A stretch of DNA of 45,004 nucleotides from an uncultured Steroidobacteraceae bacterium (GTDB lineage Bacteria; Pseudomonadota; Gammaproteobacteria; Steroidobacterales; Steroidobacteraceae), in NCBI GenBank assembly GCA_964658215.1, contig CAZZYJ010000002.1:1-45004 (forward strand), written 5' to 3'. A program made the position numbers and the translations under genes. The notes under the pieces are model-generated. The model was not told where the DNA came from and made no database searches. It worked only from the letters and a program-made list of their open reading frames with translations. Below, piece by piece: positions 37,528 through 45,004 of this stretch; position 1 is the first letter of the stretch, and every line of letters starts with the position of its first letter.

Positions 37528-39495
37528 TTAATCTATCTTAATTTTCCGGGGCCCGGCGTCTGTTCCACGGCGTGGTTCGGCGCCGGAGCGGCCGGGCGGC
37601 TGCCCATAGCCCAGGCCCACCCGGTAGAAATAGGCCCGCACCGTCCGTCCGCCGTGCGTCACCCTCCCTTCCTGCAAGGGTCCGAGTTGTTGGAAGCGGC
37701 CGGCCAGCCGGGATGCAGACAGATCGGTTTGCTGCCACGACACCATCAGGAACGTGGCCCCCGTTTGCCGGACGGAGGGAAACCAGCGCTCGTACATGAG
37801 CCCCACCCCCCCCAACAAATGGCCCGCGGAAGTTCTCTGCACGGACAGCCCGGTGTCGCCCGCGTAGAAGGCCAGTTCGCTCGCGGTTTCGTAGCGGTCC
37901 GTGGCGACGATGGTGAGCGGGCCGGGCTCGGCAGCCTCGACGTCGCGCGCCAACGCACCGATCTGCCGTCCGAGCTCGCGCCAGCCCACCGGGGCCAGTT
38001 CCATGTGCGCCGAATAGCCCACGCCGGGCAGGCCGAAAACCAGATACCCGAAACCGACGCCGTACGACACCAGCAGTACCGCGAGGGTCGGCGGCCAGGC
38101 AGCGAGCAGGCGGCGCTGCGTCCGGTCGCGTGGCGGCGAACGCCGCCATCCCTGGATGGCCGCCGCCATGGCCGGGATCGCACCCACCCAGGGGGCACCC
38201 GTCCAGTCGATCTTCACTTCGTGACGCAGGCTGAACAGGGCGAAAACCGACAGCGGGGTGAATACCCACCAGCGGATCAAGCGCCACCGCGCCTCGGCAT
38301 CGCCACCCCCGGGCGTACCGTCGCCGACGTCCGGCCGCGCGCGCAGCACCGAGAACACGGTCAGCACGCCGACGGGGGCGATCAACACGAGCGTCGAACC
38401 GATCAACTTGTGCAGGGCAAAACGCGGTCGTTCGGCAAGCCGTCGCGAAGTCTGGAAAGCGAACGATGCCCAGTCGTTCTGAAAATTCCAGAACAGCACC
38501 GGCGAGAACAAGACCGCCGCGATGAGCACCGCCACATAGGGCTCGCGGCGTACGAGCCAGCGTCGCGATCGAGGCTCGGTCAGGACGAACAGGAACGTCG
38601 CCAGTGCCGGCAACGCAATGGTGTACTTGGACAACAGGCCGAGTCCCAGCGCCACCCCCGCCCACGCCCATGCGCGCGCGCGGCCAGCGATCAGCGCCCG
38701 CTCCAGACAGTAGAGCAGCGCAGCCCATGCCGCCGTCAGCGGCGCATCGGGGGTCATCAGTATCCCGGCGAGAAACAAGAATGGCAGCGTCTGCATCAGC
38801 ACCAGGGCCAAGACCGCCGCCACGTCGCCGAAGAGATTGCGTGCCAGCCGGTAGCAGAAGAGCGATGCCACCACCCCGCACAGCAGCGCGCCCGCGCGCA
38901 CTCCGAGTTCGTTCTCGCCGAGCACATGCGTGCCCGCCCAGATGAGCCACGCCACCATCGGCGGATGATCCAGATAACCGAGGTCAGGATGCCGTGAATA
39001 ATTCCAGTAGTAGGCCTCCTCCGGCAGCAGCTCGATCTGCGCGGCGTAGACGAAGCGCAGCAGCAATGAAAGGGACACGATGCCGAAAGCCCAGTAGCGC
39101 AGCTCTTCCGCATCGTTCATCTTCGCCCAGCCGGGTCGGCGGGCAAGCCCGATCGCGAACTCGAGCATGGCTGCCGTCGCCGCGGCGACGAGCGCGATGC
39201 CCATCCAGGGCGCGACATGCCAGACATCGCGCAACAGGCCGGCGCTGCCGATGCGGGCGAAATGGCAAAGAATCGCGGCCAGCACCAGCACGACGAGGCC
39301 TTTTGCCGGCCGCGGTTGCGCGGACGAATTCGCACCCAGCACCCTGCCACACGCCAGCGCGACCATGGCCACGAAGCCGAGGGTCGAGCCCTGCGCCGGG
39401 GACAGGCCGGCCGCGTGGCACAGCGAAGAAACGAATACGTCGGCGAGTGCGAGACCGCCGAATCCCCCGAGGGTCGGCACCGCCGGGTTATTCAT
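37528..39495 (-). CDS. GT39-family (ArnT/PMT-like) membrane glycosyltransferase with an N-terminal hydrophobic extension
   Basis: 655 aa from the ATG at 39495, overlapping the kinase stop by 8 nt (CATGAATAA). The PMT_2-type core starts near ELLPEEAYYWNYSRHPDLGYLDHPPMVAW. Has more than 12 TM helices and a C-terminal soluble domain of about 170 aa. The first about 125 aa form an extra 4-TM module. Confidence 0.85.
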   Translation of the reverse strand: MNNPAVPTLGGFGGLALADVFVSSLCHAAGLSPAQGSTLGFVAMVALACGRVLGANSSAQPRPAKGLVVLVLAAILCHFARIGSAGLLRDVWHVAPWMGIALVAAATAAMLEFAIGLARRPGWAKMNDAEELRYWAFGIVSLSLLLRFVYAAQIELLPEEAYYWNYSRHPDLGYLDHPPMVAWLIWAGTHVLGENELGVRAGALLCGVVASLFCYRLARNLFGDVAAVLALVLMQTLPFLFLAGILMTPDAPLTAAWAALLYCLERALIAGRARAWAWAGVALGLGLLSKYTIALPALATFLFVLTEPRSRRWLVRREPYVAVLIAAVLFSPVLFWNFQNDWASFAFQTSRRLAERPRFALHKLIGSTLVLIAPVGVLTVFSVLRARPDVGDGTPGGGDAEARWRLIRWWVFTPLSVFALFSLRHEVKIDWTGAPWVGAIPAMAAAIQGWRRSPPRDRTQRRLLAAWPPTLAVLLVSYGVGFGYLVFGLPGVGYSAHMELAPVGWRELGRQIGALARDVEAAEPGPLTIVATDRYETASELAFYAGDTGLSVQRTSAGHLLGGVGLMYERWFPSVRQTGATFLMVSWQQTDLSASRLAGRFQQLGPLQEGRVTHGGRTVRAYFYRVGLGYGQPPGRSGAEPRRGTDAGPRKIKID

Positions 39496-40876
39496 GATCA
39501 CCCCCCGTTGCCGGGGGCGGGTGCGGCGGCGGCGCAGCGAAGGATACGGTGATGCGCAGCCCCGGTGCGTTGTCGGACAGGTCCATCGCGGCCTCGTGCA
39601 GAGTGGCGATGGCCGACGCCAGACTGAGCCCCAGGCCGCTGCCCGGCGTCGTCCGGCTGTTCTCCAGACGAAAAAACCGCCGCAGCACCTTGGCCCTCAT
39701 CGCTTCGGGTATGCCGGGGCCGTCGTCGGCGATGCTGACGGCCACCAGGCCCGCGTGGCTGCGGGCGGCAACCTCGATATGTGCGCCGTCCGGCGAATGT
39801 CGGATCGCGTTCTCCAGCAGATTGGCGAACAGCTGCGTCAGCAGTTCGCGGTCACCGGAAACGGTGAGCTCCCCTTCGATGCGCTCCGCGACGGTTTGCC
39901 GCCTTTCTTCGGCCGCCGGACGATAGACCTCGAGGACGGTGTCGACGATCTCCCGCGCGTCGAGCAGGGCGAAGGCCGCCTTGCGCGCCCCGCTCTCGAC
40001 CTGCGCGATGCGCAGCAGGGCGCCGAAAACGTCCAGGATCAACTCCGTTTCGCGACGCGCGGCATTCAGCGTTTCGCGCAACGAGGACGCATCCGCCTGG
40101 GTACGCTGGGCAAAGTCCAGGCGGTTGCGCAACCGGGTCAACGGCGTGCGCAGATCGTGTGCGATGTCGGTGGTCACCTGGCGCAGGTCGTCCATCAGCG
40201 TTTCGATGCGATCGAGCATGGCGTTGATGCTGAGCGCCAGGTGATCGAACTCGTCGCCGCCGTGCTGCAGCGACACGCGGCGGTGCAGATCGCCGCGGAT
40301 GATGTCGCGGCTGGTTTCGCTGACGCTTTCGATCTGTCGCAGCAGACGTTTGCTCATGACGACGCCGCCGACCAGCGCGAGCACCACCGACGCGGCCAGT
40401 ATCCCGAGGAAGGACCTGGCGACGAACTCCTCCATCTCGTGCAGTTGATAGGTGCTCCATCCTACGAAAAGATAACCGCCGGACGTGAGGACCCCCGCGC
40501 CGCGGATGGCAGAATACCCCGGCCGCCCCGACCGCGTGGACTCTGGCCATTCGCGGATTCCGGGCTGCGGGTCGAGCGCCGGCAGGTTGCCGGCCAGCAC
40601 GTCCCCCTGCGGATCCTGCAGCAGGTAGTAAAATCCCGCCGGGTGGCGTGCCATGCCCTCGACGAGGGGTCGCAGTCCGCCGGAGCCGCGCGCCTGGGCA
40701 TCCGTCAACAATTCGTTCAACTCGGTGCTGACGCTGTCGTCGATTTGATGACGCATGAACCTCGCGGTCGACCAGAAAATCACGCCGAACAGGATCAGGA
40801 AGGTCATGCCCGTCAAGCCGGCGTATACGACGGCCAGCCTGAAACTCGAGGTTCGAAATATCCTATACAGCCGCAC
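39488..40876 (-). CDS. sensor histidine kinase (HAMP-HisKA-HATPase)
   Basis: About 462 aa from the GTG at 40876 (VRLYRIFRTSSFRLA...; a longer option runs to 40927). H-box DIAHDLRTPLTRL, N-box LLENAIRHSP, G-boxes DDGPGIP and GSGLGLS. Confidence 0.85.
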   Translation of the reverse strand: MRLYRIFRTSSFRLAVVYAGLTGMTFLILFGVIFWSTARFMRHQIDDSVSTELNELLTDAQARGSGGLRPLVEGMARHPAGFYYLLQDPQGDVLAGNLPALDPQPGIREWPESTRSGRPGYSAIRGAGVLTSGGYLFVGWSTYQLHEMEEFVARSFLGILAASVVLALVGGVVMSKRLLRQIESVSETSRDIIRGDLHRRVSLQHGGDEFDHLALSINAMLDRIETLMDDLRQVTTDIAHDLRTPLTRLRNRLDFAQRTQADASSLRETLNAARRETELILDVFGALLRIAQVESGARKAAFALLDAREIVDTVLEVYRPAAEERRQTVAERIEGELTVSGDRELLTQLFANLLENAIRHSPDGAHIEVAARSHAGLVAVSIADDGPGIPEAMRAKVLRRFFRLENSRTTPGSGLGLSLASAIATLHEAAMDLSDNAPGLRITVSFAAPPPHPPPATGGDHE

Positions 40877-41555
40877 GCAGGCTGTATCCGGACCCGCGCA
40901 CGGTGTGAATGAGCGTGGTGGACCCACCCTTGTCCAGTTTGCCCCGCAGCCGGCTGATATGCGTCTCCACCACGTTCGTGTGCGGGTCGAAATGGAGGTC
41001 CCAGACGTTTTCGAGCAGCATGGCCCGCGTCACCACATGGTCCACATGCCGCATCATGTATTCCAGCAGCCGGAATTCGCGCGGCTGCAGGTCGACGGAT
41101 TCCCCACCCCGCCGCACGGTTCGGGCAAGCAGATCGACCTCCAGATCATCGACCCGCAACACCGTTTCCACCGCCGTCCTGCGCGGACGACGTCCGAGGG
41201 CCGCCACCCGCGCCAGCAGTTCCGAAAACGCGAACGGCTTGGTGAGATAGTCGTCGGCGCCCGAATTCAGGCCCTGCACCCGGTCATAGATGCCGCCGAG
41301 CGTGGTCAGGAACAACACCGCCGTGTCGGCACCTCGCGCGCGCAGCTGGCGCACCATGGCGAGACCGTCCAGCCCGGGCAGCATCCGATCGATTATCAGA
41401 AGATCCCAGTCGTCGGCGACCGCGCGACGCAGCCCCTCGAGGCCGTCGCCGGCCACCGTCACGCGATGGCCCTCGCCGTCCAGTCCATGGGCCACATAGT
41501 CCGCGGTTTCCGAGTCGTCTTCGACCAGCAGGATTTTCACGATTCGTTTCGCCAC
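40863..41555 (-). CDS. OmpR/PhoB-family response regulator
   Basis: 230 aa with a GTG start. Receiver ILLVEDD...LLIIDRMLPGLDG...KPF. C-terminal winged-helix domain LTPREF-like LQPREFRLLEYMM...GSGYSL. Confidence 0.9.
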   Translation of the reverse strand: MAKRIVKILLVEDDSETADYVAHGLDGEGHRVTVAGDGLEGLRRAVADDWDLLIIDRMLPGLDGLAMVRQLRARGADTAVLFLTTLGGIYDRVQGLNSGADDYLTKPFAFSELLARVAALGRRPRRTAVETVLRVDDLEVDLLARTVRRGGESVDLQPREFRLLEYMMRHVDHVVTRAMLLENVWDLHFDPHTNVVETHISRLRGKLDKGGSTTLIHTVRGSGYSLRAAV

Positions 41556-41651
41556 GCCATGCGTCTATACTTCCGCGCCGGCGTCGGGCGAGTCAAGTTG
41601 TCGATCGGTAACATGCGGCCGTCGGCTTGCAATGCGAAGACGATTCAAGGT

Positions 41652-41668
41652 ACTTTGCCTCACAAAGT
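41652..41668. promoter_or_regulatory. palindromic operator-like site in the response-regulator / PAP2 divergent region
   Basis: ACTTTGcctcaCAAAGT has 6-bp perfect arms and a 5-nt spacer. About 45 nt upstream of the PAP2 start and about 100 nt upstream of the regulator start. Confidence 0.3.
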
Positions 41669-41711
41669 TAAAGGGAGCGCGGCGCTACGGCCCGCGCGGA
41701 CGGGATTGACG

Positions 41712-42530
41712 TTGAACGAAGAAAGACATGCTGCCCGCGGCCGTTGCGGCCTGAACCCGCGGAATATATTCCGGCCGATCGTACTCGTGCTCTTCGCCCT
41801 GCCGGGGCTCGCCCACGGCGACGAACCCGTGACGGTGCGCTCGGCGCTCGACGACGTCGGTCAGTATGTCACCGCCCCGCTGCGCTGGGATGCCGAAGAT
41901 TGGACCTATTTCGGCATCACCGCCGCCGCCGTCGCGGCCGCACACCAGTACGACGGCACCGTACGCAGACATTTCGCCACCGGCTCCAAGGCTGTTCTCG
42001 ACGGCAAGGACACTCACAGTCTGCGCGATGCCCTGCCCGCCGTCGCCGTGGTGGCCGGTACGCTAGCCTACGCCGGCATCTTGGACGATCCGGACGGCTA
42101 TCGCGAGACCTGGGGCATGCTCGAAGCCGGCGTATTCAGCACCGTCACGGGCGAGGCGCTGAAATATGCCACCGGCCGCGAACGACCCAACCTCACCACC
42201 TCGCCCGATCGCTGGCGCGACGGTGGCGATTCCTTCCCCTCGGTCCACTCCGCTGCGGCCTTCGCCATCGGCATGGTGTTCGCGGAATCCGGCAACGACG
42301 ACTATCGTTGGGTACGCAGGATCATCGGTTACGGCATCGGCGCCGGCACCTCCTATATTCGTCTGCACGACAACGTGCACTGGCTGTCCGACACCGTCGC
42401 CGGCGCGGCGCTCGGGATCGCCACGGCGCGTTTCGTACTCAACCGGCAGCCCGCCGCGCGGCACGCCACGGTGCAGTTCCAACCCAGCCAGGACGGCTGG
42501 ATGTTGAGCTACGTGGTGCCGCTCGACTAG
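41712..42530 (+). CDS. PAP2-superfamily (acid phosphatase / lipid phosphate phosphatase) protein, secreted or periplasmic-facing
   Basis: About 272 aa from the TTG at 41712 (GGGA 6 nt upstream; alternative TTG at 41706). Signal peptide ...LFALPGLAHG|DEP. PAP2 motifs KYATGRERP, SFPSVHS and IRLHDNVHWLSD. Confidence 0.78.
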   Translation: MNEERHAARGRCGLNPRNIFRPIVLVLFALPGLAHGDEPVTVRSALDDVGQYVTAPLRWDAEDWTYFGITAAAVAAAHQYDGTVRRHFATGSKAVLDGKDTHSLRDALPAVAVVAGTLAYAGILDDPDGYRETWGMLEAGVFSTVTGEALKYATGRERPNLTTSPDRWRDGGDSFPSVHSAAAFAIGMVFAESGNDDYRWVRRIIGYGIGAGTSYIRLHDNVHWLSDTVAGAALGIATARFVLNRQPAARHATVQFQPSQDGWMLSYVVPLD

Positions 42531-42859
42531 GAAGCGGCGGGTTCGAACGTAGGCCCGAGCGCCAGCGCCGCGAGGGCGCCAAACGCGGCTTCATCTTCGG
42601 GCAGCCCGTCTGCGCAGACGGCCGCGATCATCTCGGCCTGATCGATGGTGATCTCGCCCACCTCGAAACACCGGACCACGGTCCCGTCGCTGGCGACGAA
42701 ACGCGCGCTCTGCAGCGCGTCGTCGTAGGCCCGGGAGGTCAGCGGTCCCCGCGCGAGCAATTCGGCGAGCCGGTCGCCGTTCGGGATGGGCGCCAGAAAC
42801 GACGCCATCGCGTCCGCATCGTCCAGCCGGGCGGCCGTCATCGAAATCCGGGTGTTCAT
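42527..42859 (-). CDS. hypothetical protein
   Basis: 110 aa with strong GC3 bias and SD GGAGAG 5 nt upstream of the ATG. No family recognised. Its stop codon shares the tetranucleotide CTAG with the convergent PAP2 stop. Confidence 0.6.
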   Translation of the reverse strand: MNTRISMTAARLDDADAMASFLAPIPNGDRLAELLARGPLTSRAYDDALQSARFVASDGTVVRCFEVGEITIDQAEMIAAVCADGLPEDEAAFGALAALALGPTFEPAAS

Positions 42860-42913
42860 GAACTCTCCGTTCCCGTGGCACGGGCGCGGATCAAGATTAC
42901 CCGAATCGCGGGA

Positions 42914-43834
42914 TCATGCGCTGACTCGATCCTGTACGACGGCGATCAGGTAATCCGGCGCGCCAGACTCCAGGCGTTTGAGCGCAACCGCCTGGTCGGC
43001 CCAGAACGCGCCGCCCGTCCGGTCGAGCCAGGGGCCGATCGCGCGGTAGCCATCCATCTCCCCCGCCGCCGTCCTCGCGAACAACGCGTACGTCGCCTCC
43101 TGCTCCGCGCCGTACAGGTCGGCGACGAAAAGATCCGCGGTGTCCTCCGCAGTCCATTTCAGCAGCACGCGCGCGTGACGATTGGCGCGCATCACCCGGC
43201 CGTCGAGAGCGACGTGCAATATCCCCGCGGGCGCCTGCTCGAAGCCCTCGCGATACGCGAGTGCCTGTTCCGCATTTCTCTGCGCGCTGCGCTCGACCCG
43301 GCAGAGCAGTTCCTGCCCATGCACGAGGTCCTCGATCATGTAGGCGAAATCACGCAGCGCGTTGACGTCGTCCTCGCTGAAATCACGCGCCATGCGGTCG
43401 ATGGCACACAGCGTGCCGATCGCGAAGCCGTCCTGCGTGTACAACGGAATGCCGATGTAGGCGCGGATGTGGGGAGCGCCGGTCACGAGCGGATTGGCGG
43501 CGAAGCGCGGATCGAGGGCGGCATCGCAAATGACCAGAGGCCGGCACTCGTACACGGCATGCGCGCAAAACGATACGTCGCGGGGCGTCTCGGTGGCGTC
43601 GAGGCCGACGCGGGACATGAACCATTGGCGATCCTCATCCACCAGGGACACGAGCACGATGGGCATGTCCAGCGCCCTGGCCGCCTGCCGTGTGACCCGG
43701 TCGAATGATGCCGAGCGCGGCGAGTCGAGCAGGCCCAGGCCCCGCAACGCTGCCAGACGCGCCGGTTCGTGCACCGACAAACACGCCGCCTGGACCGCGG
43801 CGGCGATGAGAGGATCGATTCGGGGTTCTGTCAT
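42914..43834 (-). CDS. GAF plus PAS domain sensor protein without a recognisable output domain
   Basis: 306 aa from the ATG at 43834 (alternative 43924). GAF-typical EPARLAALRGLGLLDSP...FDRVTRQAARALDMPIVLVSLVD...FCAH.... A C-terminal PAS-like region follows (FEQAPAGILHVALDGRVMRANRHA). Confidence 0.72.
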   Translation of the reverse strand: MTEPRIDPLIAAAVQAACLSVHEPARLAALRGLGLLDSPRSASFDRVTRQAARALDMPIVLVSLVDEDRQWFMSRVGLDATETPRDVSFCAHAVYECRPLVICDAALDPRFAANPLVTGAPHIRAYIGIPLYTQDGFAIGTLCAIDRMARDFSEDDVNALRDFAYMIEDLVHGQELLCRVERSAQRNAEQALAYREGFEQAPAGILHVALDGRVMRANRHARVLLKWTAEDTADLFVADLYGAEQEATYALFARTAAGEMDGYRAIGPWLDRTGGAFWADQAVALKRLESGAPDYLIAVVQDRVSA

Positions 43835-43963
43835 GCCAAGCTCGTTAACGCACGCGTCCGCCGCCGAACGTGAATGCAGCAGACACATTGATGTCAAAAA
43901 CTCGAGGTCCGCCGACGGGGTCACCGCTCATTTCCGCAATTCCGCGCCGCACAAACTCGCGCC

Positions 43964-45004
43964 TCAACGCGCTCCCATCGAGATCATCGTCGGGTTGAAC
44001 GCCAGATAGTTGTCGCGCCCCGAGAACTTCGCCTGGTACATGGCGATGTCCGCATAGCGCAGCAAGGTTTCCGCGTCGGCGGCGTGTTCCGGGAAGATCG
44101 CGATGCCGATGCTGGCCGTCAATTGCAGCGTGTGCGCGTCTATTTGGTAGGGCGCATTGACCGCCTGCAGTACCTTGTCCGCGCAACGGGCCACGTCCGC
44201 GGCCAGCGCGACGTCGGCGAGAAGGATGATGAACTCGTCCCCGCCGTACCGGCTCACCGTATCCGATCCGCGAACGCAGGTGAGCAACCGGCGCGACACC
44301 GCCTTCAGCAGTTCGTCGCCCACCGGGTGGCCGAGGGTGTCGTTGACCGGCTTGAAGCGGTCGAGATCGACGAACAGCAGCGCCACGGAGTGCCCGTTGC
44401 GCTGCGCCCGGGCCAGAGCCTGATCGATGCGGTCGGCCAGCAGGGCCCGATTGGGAAGATCCGTGAGATTGTCGTGCAGCGCGAGCCGCGCCAGCTTGCC
44501 GGACAGATCGCGCGCCACCGTGACGTCGTGAGCCACCATCACCGCGCCGATGACCCCGCCGTGTTTGTCGCGGATGGGCGAGGCGGAATCCTCCACCGCG
44601 ATCTCGACGCCGTCGCGCCGTATGAGCACGCACTTGGTGTCGAGTCCGACGGTCCGGTTTTCGATGATGGCCTTCATCGTCGGACAGGGCACCTGTTCCC
44701 GCGTCGTGGCATCGACGAGCAGGAATATCTCATCGATGGAGCGGCCGGACGCCTCCGTCTGGTTCCAGCCCGTCATTTTTTCCGCGACGATGTTCAGGAA
44801 GCTCACACGGCCGCGAAAGTCCGTGCTGATGACCGCATCGCCGATCGAATTCAGGGTGACCTGCGCGCGCTCTTTCTCCTCGAACAAGGCCTCGGCGTTC
44901 GCAAGCAGGGTTTCCTCGCTGGTCTGCAGCGCGAGCTCGGCCGCGCGTCTATGGGTGATGTCGCGGAAGACGATGACGGCGCCGGCAAAATTGCCCGCGT
45001 CGCT
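43964..45004 (-). CDS. multi-PAS diguanylate cyclase (GGDEF), 5'-truncated by the window edge
   Basis: The frame is open to position 45004 (...GAVIVFRDITHRRAAELALQ is the end of a preceding PAS domain). Then a PAS domain (LNSIGDAVISTDFRGRVSFLN) and a GGDEF domain with an RxxD I-site-like LADRID and the active site RYGGDEFI. Confidence 0.85.
   Translation of the reverse strand, partial: SDAGNFAGAVIVFRDITHRRAAELALQTSEETLLANAEALFEEKERAQVTLNSIGDAVISTDFRGRVSFLNIVAEKMTGWNQTEASGRSIDEIFLLVDATTREQVPCPTMKAIIENRTVGLDTKCVLIRRDGVEIAVEDSASPIRDKHGGVIGAVMVAHDVTVARDLSGKLARLALHDNLTDLPNRALLADRIDQALARAQRNGHSVALLFVDLDRFKPVNDTLGHPVGDELLKAVSRRLLTCVRGSDTVSRYGGDEFIILLADVALAADVARCADKVLQAVNAPYQIDAHTLQLTASIGIAIFPEHAADAETLLRYADIAMYQAKFSGRDNYLAFNPTMISMGAR

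Overview
High-GC (by eye mid-60s %) proteobacterial chromosomal segment with about 40 genes and 2 tRNAs. No rRNA, CRISPR array, transposase or integrase was recognised. A housekeeping core spans about 11.1-19.8 kb with E. coli-like synteny: ribF-ileS-lspA-ispH followed by tRNA-Thr on the minus strand, divergent rpsT, then obgE-rpmA-rplU divergent from ispB plus tRNA-Pro. It is flanked by accessory regions dominated by envelope-lipid functions. LEFT (0.3-11 kb): a cytochrome P450 whose stop overlaps the start of a fatty-acyl-AMP-ligase/carrier-protein fusion. These are bracketed by a DUF374-type acyltransferase and an LpxL/HtrB-type acyltransferase. The region also holds a YpfJ-like Zn-peptidase, an APC permease, DUF2237, and a lower-GC 737-aa AAA+ ATPase abutting a duplicated tRNA-Thr 3' end. 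RIGHT (19.9-45 kb): a lower-GC orphan gene after tRNA-Pro, then an OprB-type porin with a tiny lipoprotein ORF. Next come a TonB-dependent receptor with a TPR-sulfotransferase and a PhnW-less phosphonate module (FAD oxidoreductase GTGA-coupled to phnX, divergent DUF5690 membrane protein with a good Pho box). These are followed by dgkA, a small wHTH regulator with a membrane protein, and a hopanoid side-chain operon hpnI-J-K-L running directly into an Omp85/BamA-family barrel gene. Upstream of that sit an OmpR/HK two-component system overlapping a GT39 (ArnT-like) glycosyltransferase and a divergent PAP2 phosphatase, and the window ends with GAF/PAS and PAS-GGDEF signalling genes (the last cut by the window edge). 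The best candidates for an undescribed system are two. (i) The P450/FAAL-ACP/two-acyltransferase module, a self-contained special-acyl-donor route with no PKS/NRPS partner. (ii) The hpnIJKL-Omp85 plus TCS-GT39-PAP2 envelope-remodelling block, whose two promoter regions share a 17-bp palindrome. All functional calls rest on motif and family recognition by eye. No database search was run.
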